This document shows, piece by piece, positions 28,480-38,229 of a stretch of 64,000 nucleotides of DNA. The translations under genes were made by a program, and so were the position numbers. Under the pieces are notes generated by a model. It was not told the origin of the DNA. It saw only the letters and a program-made list of their open reading frames with translations, and made no database searches. The stretch is from Candidatus Aminicenantes bacterium UBA6228 (GTDB taxonomy: Bacteria; Acidobacteriota; Aminicenantia; Aminicenantales; Saccharicenantaceae): contig DJWO01000009.1 of the NCBI GenBank assembly GCA_002441005.1, positions 402,226 through 466,225 of the forward strand. Direction: 5' to 3'. Position 1 is the first letter of the stretch. Each line of letters starts with the position of its first letter.

Positions 28480-29937
28480 ATGCTGAAAATTGCTCTTCTT
28501 ACCCCGGAATTGTCTCCTTATGCCAGATCAGGCGAGCTAGCCGAAGCCACAGCTGGACTGGCCAAGTACCTGGCCCGGGCTGGTCATGAAGTATCTGTTT
28601 TTCTGCCTTATTACCGCCGGTCTGAACTTGAATCCCTTAACAAAAAAGCTCTTCAACCTGAGCTTCTGGTGCCGGTTGGCTCTAAGAAGCTCCAGACCGC
28701 AGTTTTCAAGGCTGAAGTTGACAAATACAGCCTTTATCTTATTGATCAGCCAAAGTATTTTCACCGGGATTATATCTATGGCTCGCCTAAGGGTGACTAT
28801 CTCGATAATGATGAAAGGTTTATCTTTCTTAACCGGGCGGTCTGCGAATTCCTCGCTGCTTCCAGAATGAAGCTGGATGTAATTCACTGCCATAACTGGG
28901 CAACCGCCGTTGGGCCTCTCTTCCTAAAATCTATTTATCAAAAAAAACCGAACCTGAAAAAGGCGGCTGCTCTTCTGACCATCCATAATTTTTCTTATCA
29001 GGGAGAATTCCCGGCCGAATCTCTCGGCCTGACCGGTCTTAGCTGGAACTATCTCAATTCCCATCAGTTAGCCTTCAGGGGTAAATTTAATTTTCTGAAG
29101 GCCGGCATACTTTTTTCAGAAGTGGTTAATACGGTCAGTGCAACCTACCGCGACGAAGTTTTAAAGCATCATCAAGAAGTCAGCAGTTTATTCTCCAAAA
29201 GGAATAAGCCGCTTTATGGCCTGAGAAATGGTTTAGACACTGAAGAGTGGAACCCGGCCACTGATCCCCTGATTCCGGCCAATTTTTCCCCTGCTGACCT
29301 CTCCGGGAAAAAAGCCTGTAAAAGACAGTTGATTAAAGACTTTGGCCTGCAGCTCAATGAAACCAGGCCGGTGTTAGCTGTGGTTGGCTATCTGACCAGA
29401 TTAAAAGGTATAGAGCTGATCCTTGAAGCCATTAATGATCTGCTGGCTCTGGATTGCGGTCTGGTAGTAGCCGGGCAGGGCAATGAGATTTATGAACAGG
29501 CGCTTTTGAAGCTTCAGGACATTCACCGTGGAAAACTGGGCGTTCAGCTCGATTTGAGCCCAGGATTTTTTCACCGGGTGATCGCCGGCGCTGATCTTTT
29601 ATTGATGCCTTCGCTCGAAGAGCCCTGCGGGCTGACCCTGATGCAAGCTATGAGATATGGAACGGTGCCGGTAGCCCGGTCAGTCGGCGGTTTGCGGGAA
29701 TCGATGGAACGTTTCTCTCCAGAAAATAATTCCGGTCATAGTTTTGAGTTTGGTGACTATTCCGGCCAGGCCTTTTTAAGAGCGGTGAGAGAAGCCCTGA
29801 CCTTTTACCGGCAGCCGGAGGTCTGGTCAAGCATCATGTCCCGCTGTCTAGATCAGAATAATTCCTGGACACGGGTTATTTCTCAATATGAAATTCTTTA
29901 TCAAAAAGCCGTCAGGTTAAAAAGGAGGTCGGGATGA
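28480..29937 (+). CDS. glgA: Glycogen (starch) synthase, GT5 family
   Basis: N-terminal KIALLTPELSPYARSGELAEA...LPYY. C-terminal GT-B region with EPCGLTLMQAMRYGTVPVARSVGGL. Confidence 0.85.
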   Translation: MLKIALLTPELSPYARSGELAEATAGLAKYLARAGHEVSVFLPYYRRSELESLNKKALQPELLVPVGSKKLQTAVFKAEVDKYSLYLIDQPKYFHRDYIYGSPKGDYLDNDERFIFLNRAVCEFLAASRMKLDVIHCHNWATAVGPLFLKSIYQKKPNLKKAAALLTIHNFSYQGEFPAESLGLTGLSWNYLNSHQLAFRGKFNFLKAGILFSEVVNTVSATYRDEVLKHHQEVSSLFSKRNKPLYGLRNGLDTEEWNPATDPLIPANFSPADLSGKKACKRQLIKDFGLQLNETRPVLAVVGYLTRLKGIELILEAINDLLALDCGLVVAGQGNEIYEQALLKLQDIHRGKLGVQLDLSPGFFHRVIAGADLLLMPSLEEPCGLTLMQAMRYGTVPVARSVGGLRESMERFSPENNSGHSFEFGDYSGQAFLRAVREALTFYRQPEVWSSIMSRCLDQNNSWTRVISQYEILYQKAVRLKRRSG

Positions 29938-30269
29938 GCAATAAAGTTCTTCAACTCAATGAAAGCAATTTCGAGCAGGAAGTACTTAAGTCCAATTTGC
30001 CAGTGCTGGTTGACTTCTTTGCCCCCTGGTGTGGACCCTGTCAAATGGTGGCACCAGTGATAGAAGACCTGGCTGAAAGTCATCAGGGGAAACTAAAGGT
30101 GGCCAAACTCAATGTTGACGAGAATTCAGGCCTGTCGAGCCGCTATCAGATCCTGAGCATTCCGACTATGATTCTTTTCAAGAACGGGCAGCCGGTTGAT
30201 TCTCTGACCGGAGCCTCAACTAAATCCAAGCTGGAAACTTTTTTAGGACGTCACCTTCAGCCGGTCTGA
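29934..30269 (+). CDS. trxA: Thioredoxin
   Basis: WCGPC active site (FFAPWCGPCQMVAP); 111 aa. ATGA overlap with glgA. Confidence 0.9.
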   Translation: MSNKVLQLNESNFEQEVLKSNLPVLVDFFAPWCGPCQMVAPVIEDLAESHQGKLKVAKLNVDENSGLSSRYQILSIPTMILFKNGQPVDSLTGASTKSKLETFLGRHLQPV

Positions 30270-30282
30270 AACAAATAGCTGA

Positions 30283-31170
30283 TCAGGCTGGCCGGGAACG
30301 GTGATAGCTGGCCAGTTCATTGTTTTCATTCATAATGGCCACCAGTTCAGCTCCCCACAGCAAAATAACCAGGGAAGACGAGATCCAGAGAAGGAAAAAA
30401 ATAACAGAAGTCAGGGTACCGGCCAGGACTCTGGACAGCACCAGGCCGACCGCTGAAAAGTGGATCGCATAGAAAGCAAAACCCCTTTTAAATATCTCCC
30501 AGAAGACAGCAGTAATAGCGGCTCCGAGCAGAGCACTGCGGGTCTGAACTCTGACCTCGGGTATAAACTTATAAAGGATAAAGATCATTAAAAAAGTTAA
30601 GAAGAAGGGCAGGAGATACTGAAAGAAGAAGCTGTTCAGGACATTAACCGCCTGGGGATTAATAAATCCGGAAAAAACCGGGCTCTGGCGGAGCAATTGC
30701 TGGAAGGCAATCCAGACGGCAGTAATTGATAAAGACAGCAGTAAGAAAACACCGATAAGAAGCATAACCACATATTCAATCAGCCGGTTATAAATAAAGG
30801 AATGATTATATTTAGCCCGGAAGATCCTGTTGATGGCGGTTAGCAGATTGGAAAAGAGGAAGGAGGCGGCGATTAGAGACCCGATAATCCCGAACCAGCC
30901 CAGATTGGACAGACTGCCGCCCAGGGCTTGAAGCTTTTGGAAAAAAGCCGGATCCAACTGAGCAAAAAATTCATCGGTAAAAATATTTAAACTGCGGAAA
31001 ATAAGTTCAGAATTACCAAGAATTTTCCCCCCCAGAAAGGCAAAGAGGGCAATTAAAGGAATCAGGCCAAGCAGGGAGAAATAAGAAATAACGATGGCCG
31101 CTGTAAAACAGCGGTCATCGTTAAACCTTTTCCAGGAAGCTAAAATAATTTGAAAAAAATTAGCAGCCAT
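30283..31170 (-). CDS. YihY/BrkB (virulence factor BrkB/ribonuclease BN-like) family inner-membrane protein
   Basis: Six predicted TM segments and the family-typical N-terminus (FFQIILASWKRFNDDRCFTAAIVISYFSLLGLIP). Confidence 0.65.
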   Translation of the reverse strand: MAANFFQIILASWKRFNDDRCFTAAIVISYFSLLGLIPLIALFAFLGGKILGNSELIFRSLNIFTDEFFAQLDPAFFQKLQALGGSLSNLGWFGIIGSLIAASFLFSNLLTAINRIFRAKYNHSFIYNRLIEYVVMLLIGVFLLLSLSITAVWIAFQQLLRQSPVFSGFINPQAVNVLNSFFFQYLLPFFLTFLMIFILYKFIPEVRVQTRSALLGAAITAVFWEIFKRGFAFYAIHFSAVGLVLSRVLAGTLTSVIFFLLWISSSLVILLWGAELVAIMNENNELASYHRSRPA

Positions 31171-31198
31171 CTATCGGGTCAGCAGGACGGCAGCTTAA

Positions 31199-31534
31199 TC
31201 AATAAGCTCCCCATTTGACCATGAGGATGATGATGGTGATGAGCAAAGCATAAATAACCAGCGTTTCAATCAACACCAGCCCGAAAATCAGGATACCGCG
31301 GATATTCTGCCCCCCCGCCGGGTTACGGGAAATGCTCTCGCAGGCTGAAGTTATAGCTTTAGCCTGGCCGAAAGCTCCGGCGACCACGGCGACAGTGATC
31401 ACGGCTCCTCCCACGATTAGCGACAGCTTAAATAGAGAAGCCCGGGCCGGATCAACAGTCTGAGCAGCCAGCGGACTGAAAGAGACCATCAGAGAAAAAA
31501 GCAACAGGGCTAAGGTCTTACCTTTTTTTGTCAT
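31199..31534 (-). CDS. atpE: F0F1 ATP synthase subunit c (with N-terminal signal-like extension)
   Basis: Two-helix hairpin with the polar loop SRNPAGGQ and the conserved carboxylate in helix 2 (LVLIETLVIYALL). Confidence 0.75.
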   Translation of the reverse strand: MTKKGKTLALLLFSLMVSFSPLAAQTVDPARASLFKLSLIVGGAVITVAVVAGAFGQAKAITSACESISRNPAGGQNIRGILIFGLVLIETLVIYALLITIIILMVKWGAY

Positions 31535-31564
31535 GTAAAATACTCCTTTTGGTTATATTCTCGA

Positions 31565-32308
31565 TCATTCTTGTTCTTCCTCCACCGCTCCGGCTAAGTA
31601 GATGCAGGTCAGCAAAACAAAGACATAAGCCTGAATGACAGCAGTAAAAATGGCTATAGCCATAAAAGGCAAAGGTAAAAGATAGGGAATGATGGATAGC
31701 ATGATCAAAATTAATAATTCTTCAGAAAAAATATTGCCAAAAAGACGCATGGAAAGCGAAACCGGCCGGGACAAATGGGAAATGATTTCAATTGGCAGGA
31801 GCAGCGGGGCCAGAAATGGGTTTCCGCCCGTAAAGTGCTTCAGATAGCCGAACAAACCTTGAGCTTTAATCCCCTGCCAGTGATAATAAAGCCAGACAAC
31901 CAGAGCGCAGCCCAGAGTCACATTCAATTTACTGGTTGGAGCCATAAAACCGGGAATTAAGCCAAGAAGATTAGCAGTTAGAATAAAAAGTCCGACCGAA
32001 GCCACCAGAGGCAGGTATTTTCTGCCTTCTAAGCCCATCGTATCGTCAATCAGGCCTTCAAAGAAATCAATCAGGCTCTCCAGAATAACCTGGGACCTGG
32101 TGGGAACAAGCTGCAATCGCCGGCCGAAAAGGCCCAGAAGGATAGATAGTAAAACAACTACTATAATACTCATGACCACATAGTCTGGTATCAAGTGGTA
32201 GGGATCTTTAACTTCCTGGCCGAAGACTCTGAGGACAGCTGCCACCACCGGGCCAAAAATCAGATTAAAGCCCTGGACCAGGGGAAGAGAATGCTCTAAG
32301 CCTTCCAT
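31565..32308 (-). CDS. atpB: F0F1 ATP synthase subunit a
   Basis: Conserved essential arginine region LSMRLFGNIFSEELL and five TM helices; 247 aa. Confidence 0.8.
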   Translation of the reverse strand: MEGLEHSLPLVQGFNLIFGPVVAAVLRVFGQEVKDPYHLIPDYVVMSIIVVVLLSILLGLFGRRLQLVPTRSQVILESLIDFFEGLIDDTMGLEGRKYLPLVASVGLFILTANLLGLIPGFMAPTSKLNVTLGCALVVWLYYHWQGIKAQGLFGYLKHFTGGNPFLAPLLLPIEIISHLSRPVSLSMRLFGNIFSEELLILIMLSIIPYLLPLPFMAIAIFTAVIQAYVFVLLTCIYLAGAVEEEQE

Positions 32309-32697
32309 TGTTTTATATTCACCAGGTTTCTGATGGCTTCTATCAAGACGGCTACCACCAGTGAAGAAAAGCCGGCAACGAAAGCAATAACCTTTCCTCT
32401 AAAGATAAAAATTATAGCCAAAAAGATCAGGCAAATCAATAAAAGGCGCAGGCTGAACAGGACCAGGGCCCTCTTCACCAGGACAGTTCTCTTTCCGCCG
32501 AGATAACGGTTAACAAAAGATTTCAGGCTAATAAAGCCAACGGCGGCCAGGATGGCTCCCCCGGCCACCAGAACCGCCGAGACGGGATCAAGGAATAACA
32601 GAACTAAAATCGAGGCCAGACAACCTATAGCTAGAGTCTCAACTGGAACTCTTTTTAAAGATTTTTCAAACTGATCGGGAGAGGTTATTTCTTCCAT
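32296..32697 (-). CDS. atpI: ATP synthase protein I-like small membrane protein
   Basis: 133-aa four-TM protein immediately upstream of, and overlapping, atpB. Assignment by position and topology only. Confidence 0.45.
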   Translation of the reverse strand: MEEITSPDQFEKSLKRVPVETLAIGCLASILVLLFLDPVSAVLVAGGAILAAVGFISLKSFVNRYLGGKRTVLVKRALVLFSLRLLLICLIFLAIIFIFRGKVIAFVAGFSSLVVAVLIEAIRNLVNIKQWKA

Positions 32698-32712
32698 CTG
32701 ACACCTGATTTA

Positions 32713-32958
32713 CTAGTCCTCTTTTTTATTGAGGTCGTCCGCGGCTTCATTTTCCCTTAAATATTTTCTTATCCCGCGGAAAAGATTCAATAATCCTGAT
32801 ATTATACCGAAGACCAGCCAGATAAGCAGCAGATAAGGCTCGGTTTTAAACCAGCGGTCAAGTAAATAACCAATAGCCAGGCCGACAGCAATCGAGGAGG
32901 GCAAAATCAGGGCTAAAGAGGACACCGCTGCCATCTTCTTAAAATCAGGGCGAACCAA
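32713..32958 (-). CDS. AtpZ/AtpR-like small membrane protein (putative F0F1-ATPase accessory subunit)
   Basis: 81-aa two-TM protein at the head of the atp cluster. Assignment by position and topology. Confidence 0.4.
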   Translation of the reverse strand: MVRPDFKKMAAVSSLALILPSSIAVGLAIGYLLDRWFKTEPYLLLIWLVFGIISGLLNLFRGIRKYLRENEAADDLNKKED

Positions 32959-33032
32959 TGATTTCCTCTCCTCCAGATAAAGCTACCTTTTTCTTGCATT
33001 AATCACTATAATATACAATAATAAATCTTAAT

Positions 33033-33527
33033 TTGTTGTCTTATCAACAGAAAAAGGGTAAAAGTCAGTTCAGGCATGGAGAAGAGAAGTTGATTGCTCG
33101 CAGGCAGAGGGGACCTGTTTTGTTCATCTTGATGAGCCTGTTTATTATTCTGCTGGCCGGGGGCAGCACCAAACTGGCTGCTCAGTCCACTTCGTCCGGG
33201 CATCAGCTGGTTACTGACCCTTTCTATCTCAAGGTTTTTGAAGAAGCCAGAGCCAACTTTAACCGTGGCGATTATAAAAAGGCCTTTGAGAATTTTAAGA
33301 TAGCTGCTTTCGGCTTGCTGGATGAGCCTGATCTTCTCGGCCAGGCCTATGTTTATCTGACTGTTTCTGCCTATCAATTAGGCCAGGCAGATCAGGTAGA
33401 ACATTATCTTGATCAAATTTCGCGTCTCAAATTGTTTGGCCGGATTTCTGCTTCTACACTCCCTAAAGAGGTCAAGGACAAATTCAAGGAAATTTGTGAC
33501 AGCTATAAAATTTTGACCAGCGGTTAA
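33033..33527 (+). CDS. Hypothetical exported protein with signal peptide and helical-repeat (TPR-like) region
   Basis: Hydrophobic N-terminus (VLFILMSLFIILLAGGSTKLAAQS) followed by repeat-like helical sequence. No catalytic motif. Confidence 0.4.
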   Translation: MLSYQQKKGKSQFRHGEEKLIARRQRGPVLFILMSLFIILLAGGSTKLAAQSTSSGHQLVTDPFYLKVFEEARANFNRGDYKKAFENFKIAAFGLLDEPDLLGQAYVYLTVSAYQLGQADQVEHYLDQISRLKLFGRISASTLPKEVKDKFKEICDSYKILTSG

Positions 33528-33555
33528 TCTTCCGGTCAGCCTTAGAGGCTTTTTT

Positions 33556-34719
33556 TCATTTCAACTTTAGACCAAGAGCTGAAGCTAGATTTTTATCGGT
33601 TATTGCCCGGCCTTTTTCCCGGAAAACGAGGCCAAAGCTTCCATCAAATTCCCACATGGCCCAGCTGATCCGATACTTGTCGAGAGCCAGCCGGACATCC
33701 CTGATCCAGGCCCGGCGAAATGGCGGCAGGCAATAGTCCCGGTAAGCTCCAAATTCGTTGCAGAAAAGCCTGACTCCGTATTTTTCTGCCCAGTCTACGG
33801 CTTTAAGAATTTCGGTTTCAATTTTCTGACCGTCCCAGCGCTCTTCCCCATAAGTCCGGAGATATTTCTTCAAATTCTCATCTTCAACTAAGGAAATGGC
33901 TTTTTCTACCGCTGCCGGTGAAGAGGGGTAAGGAACCTGCCTGAGATCCTTTTCATAAGGTGCACCCCAGGTTGCCCCCTGGTGAGTAAAGAGATGAGGA
34001 TCATAAAAATGAAAATTATACCAGACATTAGGGTCATCAACCGGCTGAAGGCTGAGCAACCCCGGTAGATTAGACCACAGGGCGCCAGTCGCCAGCAGAG
34101 TGTGGTCAGGCATTTTTTCTCTTATGGCCTGCAATAGTTGTTTTTGAATTGGCGGCCATTTATATTCTTCAAACAGAAAAACCGGTTCATTCATCGGTTC
34201 AATCAACAGCCAGTCAGGATCGAAGATGGCCAGCTTCTCAGCCAGGTGCTGCCAGAAATTAATAAATTCAGCGGTGAATTTTTCGTCCTGGCCGAGAGGA
34301 CCAGAATAATTGGAACCACCGGTTTTTTGAGAAATGCTGTGGAGATCAAAATTAACAGCCAGGCCGCTCTTCAGGATAATTTTTATTCCGGAGAGTAGAA
34401 GTTCGAGGGCAGCCGGGTCAAGTCTGTCATCCCGGTCGGGAGCATAAATGTTGGCCATATCAACCGGCAGCCTCACAAAAGTAAAGCCCAGTGTTTTAAT
34501 CAGACTGAGATCACCGGCTGAATATCTTTTTGGGAGCGGCTGGAGTTCTCCCTGATTTAGCCAGAACCAGTAAGGCAAGTTTATGCCGCGGAGAAAATGA
34601 CTGGACCTGACAGTTGATGTACGTATTTCATCTGATTTGAGCTGAGAGCCATTCAGGGTAATCACCAGGAGGAAGCTTAAGACCAGAAGGCTAAATATTT
34701 TTTTCAGTTTTGTTTTCAA
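33556..34719 (-). CDS. Glycoside hydrolase family 5 (cellulase-like), secreted
   Basis: Catalytic acid/base NEP motif (LIEPMNEPVF) in a TIM-barrel context, with a signal peptide. Start set to TTG 34719 (LKTKLKKIFSLLVL) with SD GGAG 8 nt upstream; the track ORF extends into the upstream gene. Confidence 0.65.
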   Translation of the reverse strand: MKTKLKKIFSLLVLSFLLVITLNGSQLKSDEIRTSTVRSSHFLRGINLPYWFWLNQGELQPLPKRYSAGDLSLIKTLGFTFVRLPVDMANIYAPDRDDRLDPAALELLLSGIKIILKSGLAVNFDLHSISQKTGGSNYSGPLGQDEKFTAEFINFWQHLAEKLAIFDPDWLLIEPMNEPVFLFEEYKWPPIQKQLLQAIREKMPDHTLLATGALWSNLPGLLSLQPVDDPNVWYNFHFYDPHLFTHQGATWGAPYEKDLRQVPYPSSPAAVEKAISLVEDENLKKYLRTYGEERWDGQKIETEILKAVDWAEKYGVRLFCNEFGAYRDYCLPPFRRAWIRDVRLALDKYRISWAMWEFDGSFGLVFREKGRAITDKNLASALGLKLK

Positions 34720-34720
34720 T

Positions 34721-35305
34721 TTATCTCCTTTTTTGCCGGCTCCTGGTTTTTCCTGGTTTAAGGATAAACCGCCATTTTTTTTGTGACCAGTAGGGGCCAG
34801 CGTAATCAATACCTATCCTGGGAGTTCTCTCCAGTTGGGTGGGTTTAAAGGTCTCCCCTCTATCCTCAACCCAGATGATTTTAGAACTGGTTAAATCTTC
34901 CCCGTAAAAAGATTTATCCAGCTGTAAATAGCGGCAGAGCTTGCCCGGCCCTGAGGCCAGCTCTTTACTTTCGCCGGGAACTTGGAGAGCTCTGATTAAG
35001 ACACATTCGGGCTTTCCGGCCTGGCCGGTGGTAATATTTAATTGCCAGTACATCCCGTAGACCAGATAGATATAGATGTGACCGCCAGCCAGATATTCTA
35101 CCCGGTTGCGGGGAGTCACCTTACCTCCGTAAGCATGCGAAGCCTTATCTTTTGGTCCGATATAGGCTTCGGTCTCAACGATTTTACCGGTTAGCTTTAT
35201 TGAACCGGCTATTCTGACAATATATTTACCAAGCAGTTCGCGGGCTACTTTTAAGGTTGATTGCTCATAAAAGCTGCGGCCTAATCTTCTGATTTTCTGG
35301 CTCAT
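34721..35305 (-). CDS. mpg: DNA-3-methyladenine glycosylase (methylpurine glycosylase, Mpg/AAG family)
   Basis: ARELLGKYIVR...IVETEAY...ASHAYGG...RN are AAG-family motifs. Start at ATG 35305 (MSQKIRRL). Confidence 0.75.
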   Translation of the reverse strand: MSQKIRRLGRSFYEQSTLKVARELLGKYIVRIAGSIKLTGKIVETEAYIGPKDKASHAYGGKVTPRNRVEYLAGGHIYIYLVYGMYWQLNITTGQAGKPECVLIRALQVPGESKELASGPGKLCRYLQLDKSFYGEDLTSSKIIWVEDRGETFKPTQLERTPRIGIDYAGPYWSQKKWRFILKPGKTRSRQKRR

Positions 35306-35392
35306 CCTTTTTTTATCCTGCTTTAATATTATAGTTCTTAAAGCTTTTCTCCGTCCCGCCCCTTTCTGGTCTGAAAGCCGATCAATCACTGG

Positions 35393-36073
35393 TTAAAAAC
35401 CTAACTCTTTAAGACGGGAGGCCAGTTCCTCCTTTTCGGCCTGCCCGCCTGGCCACTTTCTTTTAAAGCGATCAAGAAATCCAGGGTTGGCCGCCTCCTG
35501 ACCTTTTATTACCTGTTGAATTTTCATTTTTTCTTGCTCAGAGAGAAGCAGCCATTGTTCGAAAAAAACGACCAGCGTACGGCTCAGCAGAAACTCATCA
35601 TGAGGAGCCCGGTTGATGGCTTCCCAGCAGAGTTCACGCCCTTTGTCAGCATAAACCGGCAGGGGATAGTTCATCAAGAAATAGACCTTGCTTAGCTCCC
35701 AGAAAGCGGCATAATCAACCGGTCGTAAAAAGATGGCCCGTTTTAAAGCTTCTGAAGCCTGGCCGAGATAGGATTCACTTTTTTCAGGCTGCCCGAATTC
35801 AATTTCAGCCATGGCTCTTAGCAGCCGCAACCGGCCCAGCTCTAAATAAAACTCAGGCGAAGAATACCAGCTGACTGCCCGCTGGAGTTTTCCCTGCAGT
35901 TTTTCAAAATCTCTTTCCAAACTGCGCATCTTCATTTTTTCGGATTGATAAAGGCTGAAGTGATAGTGACCCAGATAAGAACAGACCGAGACAGCCAGAC
36001 CAGCTAAGCAGACAATTAACAGGAAAATCTTTTTCCATCCAGGCCGGCTTTTAGCCAGATCAGTCACGTTCAT
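35393..36073 (-). CDS. Hypothetical membrane-anchored protein (single N-terminal TM helix, helical-repeat ectodomain), overlapping the O-antigen-ligase-family gene
   Basis: TM at KKIFLLIVCLAGLAVSVCSYLG. Overlaps the upstream gene's end by 14 nt. Confidence 0.45.
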   Translation of the reverse strand: MNVTDLAKSRPGWKKIFLLIVCLAGLAVSVCSYLGHYHFSLYQSEKMKMRSLERDFEKLQGKLQRAVSWYSSPEFYLELGRLRLLRAMAEIEFGQPEKSESYLGQASEALKRAIFLRPVDYAAFWELSKVYFLMNYPLPVYADKGRELCWEAINRAPHDEFLLSRTLVVFFEQWLLLSEQEKMKIQQVIKGQEAANPGFLDRFKRKWPGGQAEKEELASRLKELGF

Positions 36074-37508
36074 GTCCTTTCAGATCTTCGTCATTAAAAT
36101 CCCTCGGGCCAAACAGTGGAATCTTGAGGCTAAGAACAAAAAGAGATAGCCAGACGATAGCATTTCCGGGCATCCTGAGGCTGAAGTCGGTTAGGCTATG
36201 GAAAAAAAGAGCCATAACTCCCATCAGGGCGCCTAAGGACAGGCCGCGGGTTAGAGAATCACCGGTCTTAAAATAACGTTTTATTCCCAGCCCAAATAAT
36301 AAAAATCCGCTAAGAATTAAGGCCCCGCCCCCAACCAGGCCCGCCTCTCCGGCCATTTCCAGATAATCATTATGGGCATGATTAATAATGGCGTAAAAAT
36401 CTTTCTCCAGATAGCGGTTGATGGCCTTAACATAAGTCCCCAGACCGGAGCCCAGCCAGGGATAATCTTTTATCAGGCCGAGGGTGTCTTTATAATAAAG
36501 CAGCCGGCTCTCATCAATCAGGCTCTGGCTGGTAAATCTTTCCAGGATGGGCTGGATACCAATCAAAATAACCGCAGCCAGAACGATGAAAACAACCAGA
36601 TTAACCAGTCTTCTCTCTGTCTTTCTTCGGCCTGAAAGACTGGCTACGGACAGCAAAAGAACCATCAGGAAAAAAGTCAGGAGAAAAATGATGATGCCTG
36701 AGCGGCAACGGGAAAAGAACAGTCCGACCCCAATGATGAGTGGCGGCAGAATAAATAAAATTGATTTTTGCAATTTTTCCTGGCCGAACCAGGCCATTTT
36801 CTGTCTCAAGGACAGTCCCGGTGGTAATGAAAAGTAGTCGGCTCTGGCCAGAAAATAACCAAGGCTCAGTGGAAATATCATTTCGAGAAAAGCTGAATAA
36901 TGATCGCGATTAACAAAAGTGCCAAAAGCGCTGCCCGAATAATACCTGTTCACCCAGGTGAATATCCGGTGGCTGCCGCTAAAATGCTCCGATAGCCCGT
37001 AAAGAGATTGAAAAACACCAGCTCCGATTAGAACCAGGGTCAGGGCCCTGACCTTTTTTCTGGTATCAATCGCCCTGGACAGGAGAAAGGCAAAAAGCCC
37101 AAAAGCTAAATATTTTACCAGCTCAGATAGGCTTTCAGCTGGCGAAAGAGAAATGGTTTGCCACCTAAGCTTAGCCTGATCGACGAGGCCAGAGGTGACC
37201 AGCGTCTGTCGCCAGTCATAACCGGCGGGAGATATCTGTCTGACCACCGCTGCCGGGAGAGGAACAATCTGCAGTAGACCGGCTAAAAAAAATATGATGA
37301 TCAACCACAGCGGGATCAAAGGAACAAGCTTTTTTTCTTCAGCTTGAGGGCTGCCATTTGGATTTTTCTTACTACCGGTTACCAGGTAGAGGGAGAAAAG
37401 AATAAAAATACTGGCCTCAAAGCCGAAGATGGCCCACTCGATATTACCGCCAAACGGTAAAGGCAGGAGAAACAGCAAAAGACACAGGGCAACCAGCAGC
37501 CAGGTCAT
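36060..37508 (-). CDS. O-antigen ligase/polymerase family (Wzy_C) polytopic membrane protein
   Basis: About 10-12 TM segments and the family signature HNDYLE followed by AGEAGLVGG (INHAHNDYLEMAGEAGLVGG). Confidence 0.7.
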   Translation of the reverse strand: MTWLLVALCLLLFLLPLPFGGNIEWAIFGFEASIFILFSLYLVTGSKKNPNGSPQAEEKKLVPLIPLWLIIIFFLAGLLQIVPLPAAVVRQISPAGYDWRQTLVTSGLVDQAKLRWQTISLSPAESLSELVKYLAFGLFAFLLSRAIDTRKKVRALTLVLIGAGVFQSLYGLSEHFSGSHRIFTWVNRYYSGSAFGTFVNRDHYSAFLEMIFPLSLGYFLARADYFSLPPGLSLRQKMAWFGQEKLQKSILFILPPLIIGVGLFFSRCRSGIIIFLLTFFLMVLLLSVASLSGRRKTERRLVNLVVFIVLAAVILIGIQPILERFTSQSLIDESRLLYYKDTLGLIKDYPWLGSGLGTYVKAINRYLEKDFYAIINHAHNDYLEMAGEAGLVGGGALILSGFLLFGLGIKRYFKTGDSLTRGLSLGALMGVMALFFHSLTDFSLRMPGNAIVWLSLFVLSLKIPLFGPRDFNDEDLKGHERD

Positions 37509-37628
37509 GATTGTTTTATTATATAAAAGGCTGATAAAAATAAAAGCAGGATCTGAGAATCCTGCTTCTATTATACAAACCTTCCCCCTTCTTTAGGGGT
37601 CTAATTAGTTTTCAGCTTGAAAGTGGCT

Positions 37629-38174
37629 TTACTTCTTGGTTGGAGAAGCTTCTTCTTCACCTTCCAGCAATTTAAAAGTGCCGTAAAGAGCCAGAGTAGT
37701 GGCTACCATCAAAACAGCAATCCCGGCTGGGGTCCTGAAGAATGAAACTTTTTCTTTCTCAGGAGCTCTTTCCTCACCCTGTCCGCTCAGCGCTTTAACC
37801 TCACCGGTTTTGAGGGCCAATGACAGCTTGCCCATTTCTCCGCCCTTGACCTTCAGCACATAGTCAAAATTATAATCGCCAGTTGGAGCATTGATGCCGA
37901 GAAGGTATGTCCCTTCTTTAATCTGGCCAATTTTATAGGAACCGCTGTTATCGGTTGGGCCAGAAACATATTCCTCTCCACTGTTCAGATTGCGAATCTT
38001 GACCACTGCCTTTTCAACAGGAGTCTTCATATCACTCCCATAGATAAAGCCGACCAGAGAACCAGCTTGGGACGAGGCCTGAGCTAAAGATTCCAGTGGC
38101 AGCATGATCAGCATGAAGGAGAAGATAGTCAAGGCCAGTAAAGCCGGAGAACGAAAAATTTCTTTTCTAAGCAT
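37629..38174 (-). CDS. Secreted carboxypeptidase-regulatory-like (CarbopepD_reg) domain protein
   Basis: Signal peptide and a beta-sandwich signature (KAVVKIRNLNSGEEYVSGPTDNSGSYKIGQIKEGTY). Confidence 0.5.
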   Translation of the reverse strand: MLRKEIFRSPALLALTIFSFMLIMLPLESLAQASSQAGSLVGFIYGSDMKTPVEKAVVKIRNLNSGEEYVSGPTDNSGSYKIGQIKEGTYLLGINAPTGDYNFDYVLKVKGGEMGKLSLALKTGEVKALSGQGEERAPEKEKVSFFRTPAGIAVLMVATTLALYGTFKLLEGEEEASPTKK

Positions 38175-38229
38175 GTTCGCCTCCCTTTAAAACTAATATA
38201 ACAGCTATAATTTCAAAAATCAAGTACCT

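Noticed and set aside
30270-30300. Short palindrome CAGC-tgatcag-GCTG after trxA as a terminator
   Set aside because: A 4-bp stem without a T-tract is too weak to call. The genes are convergent, so termination is plausible but unproven.
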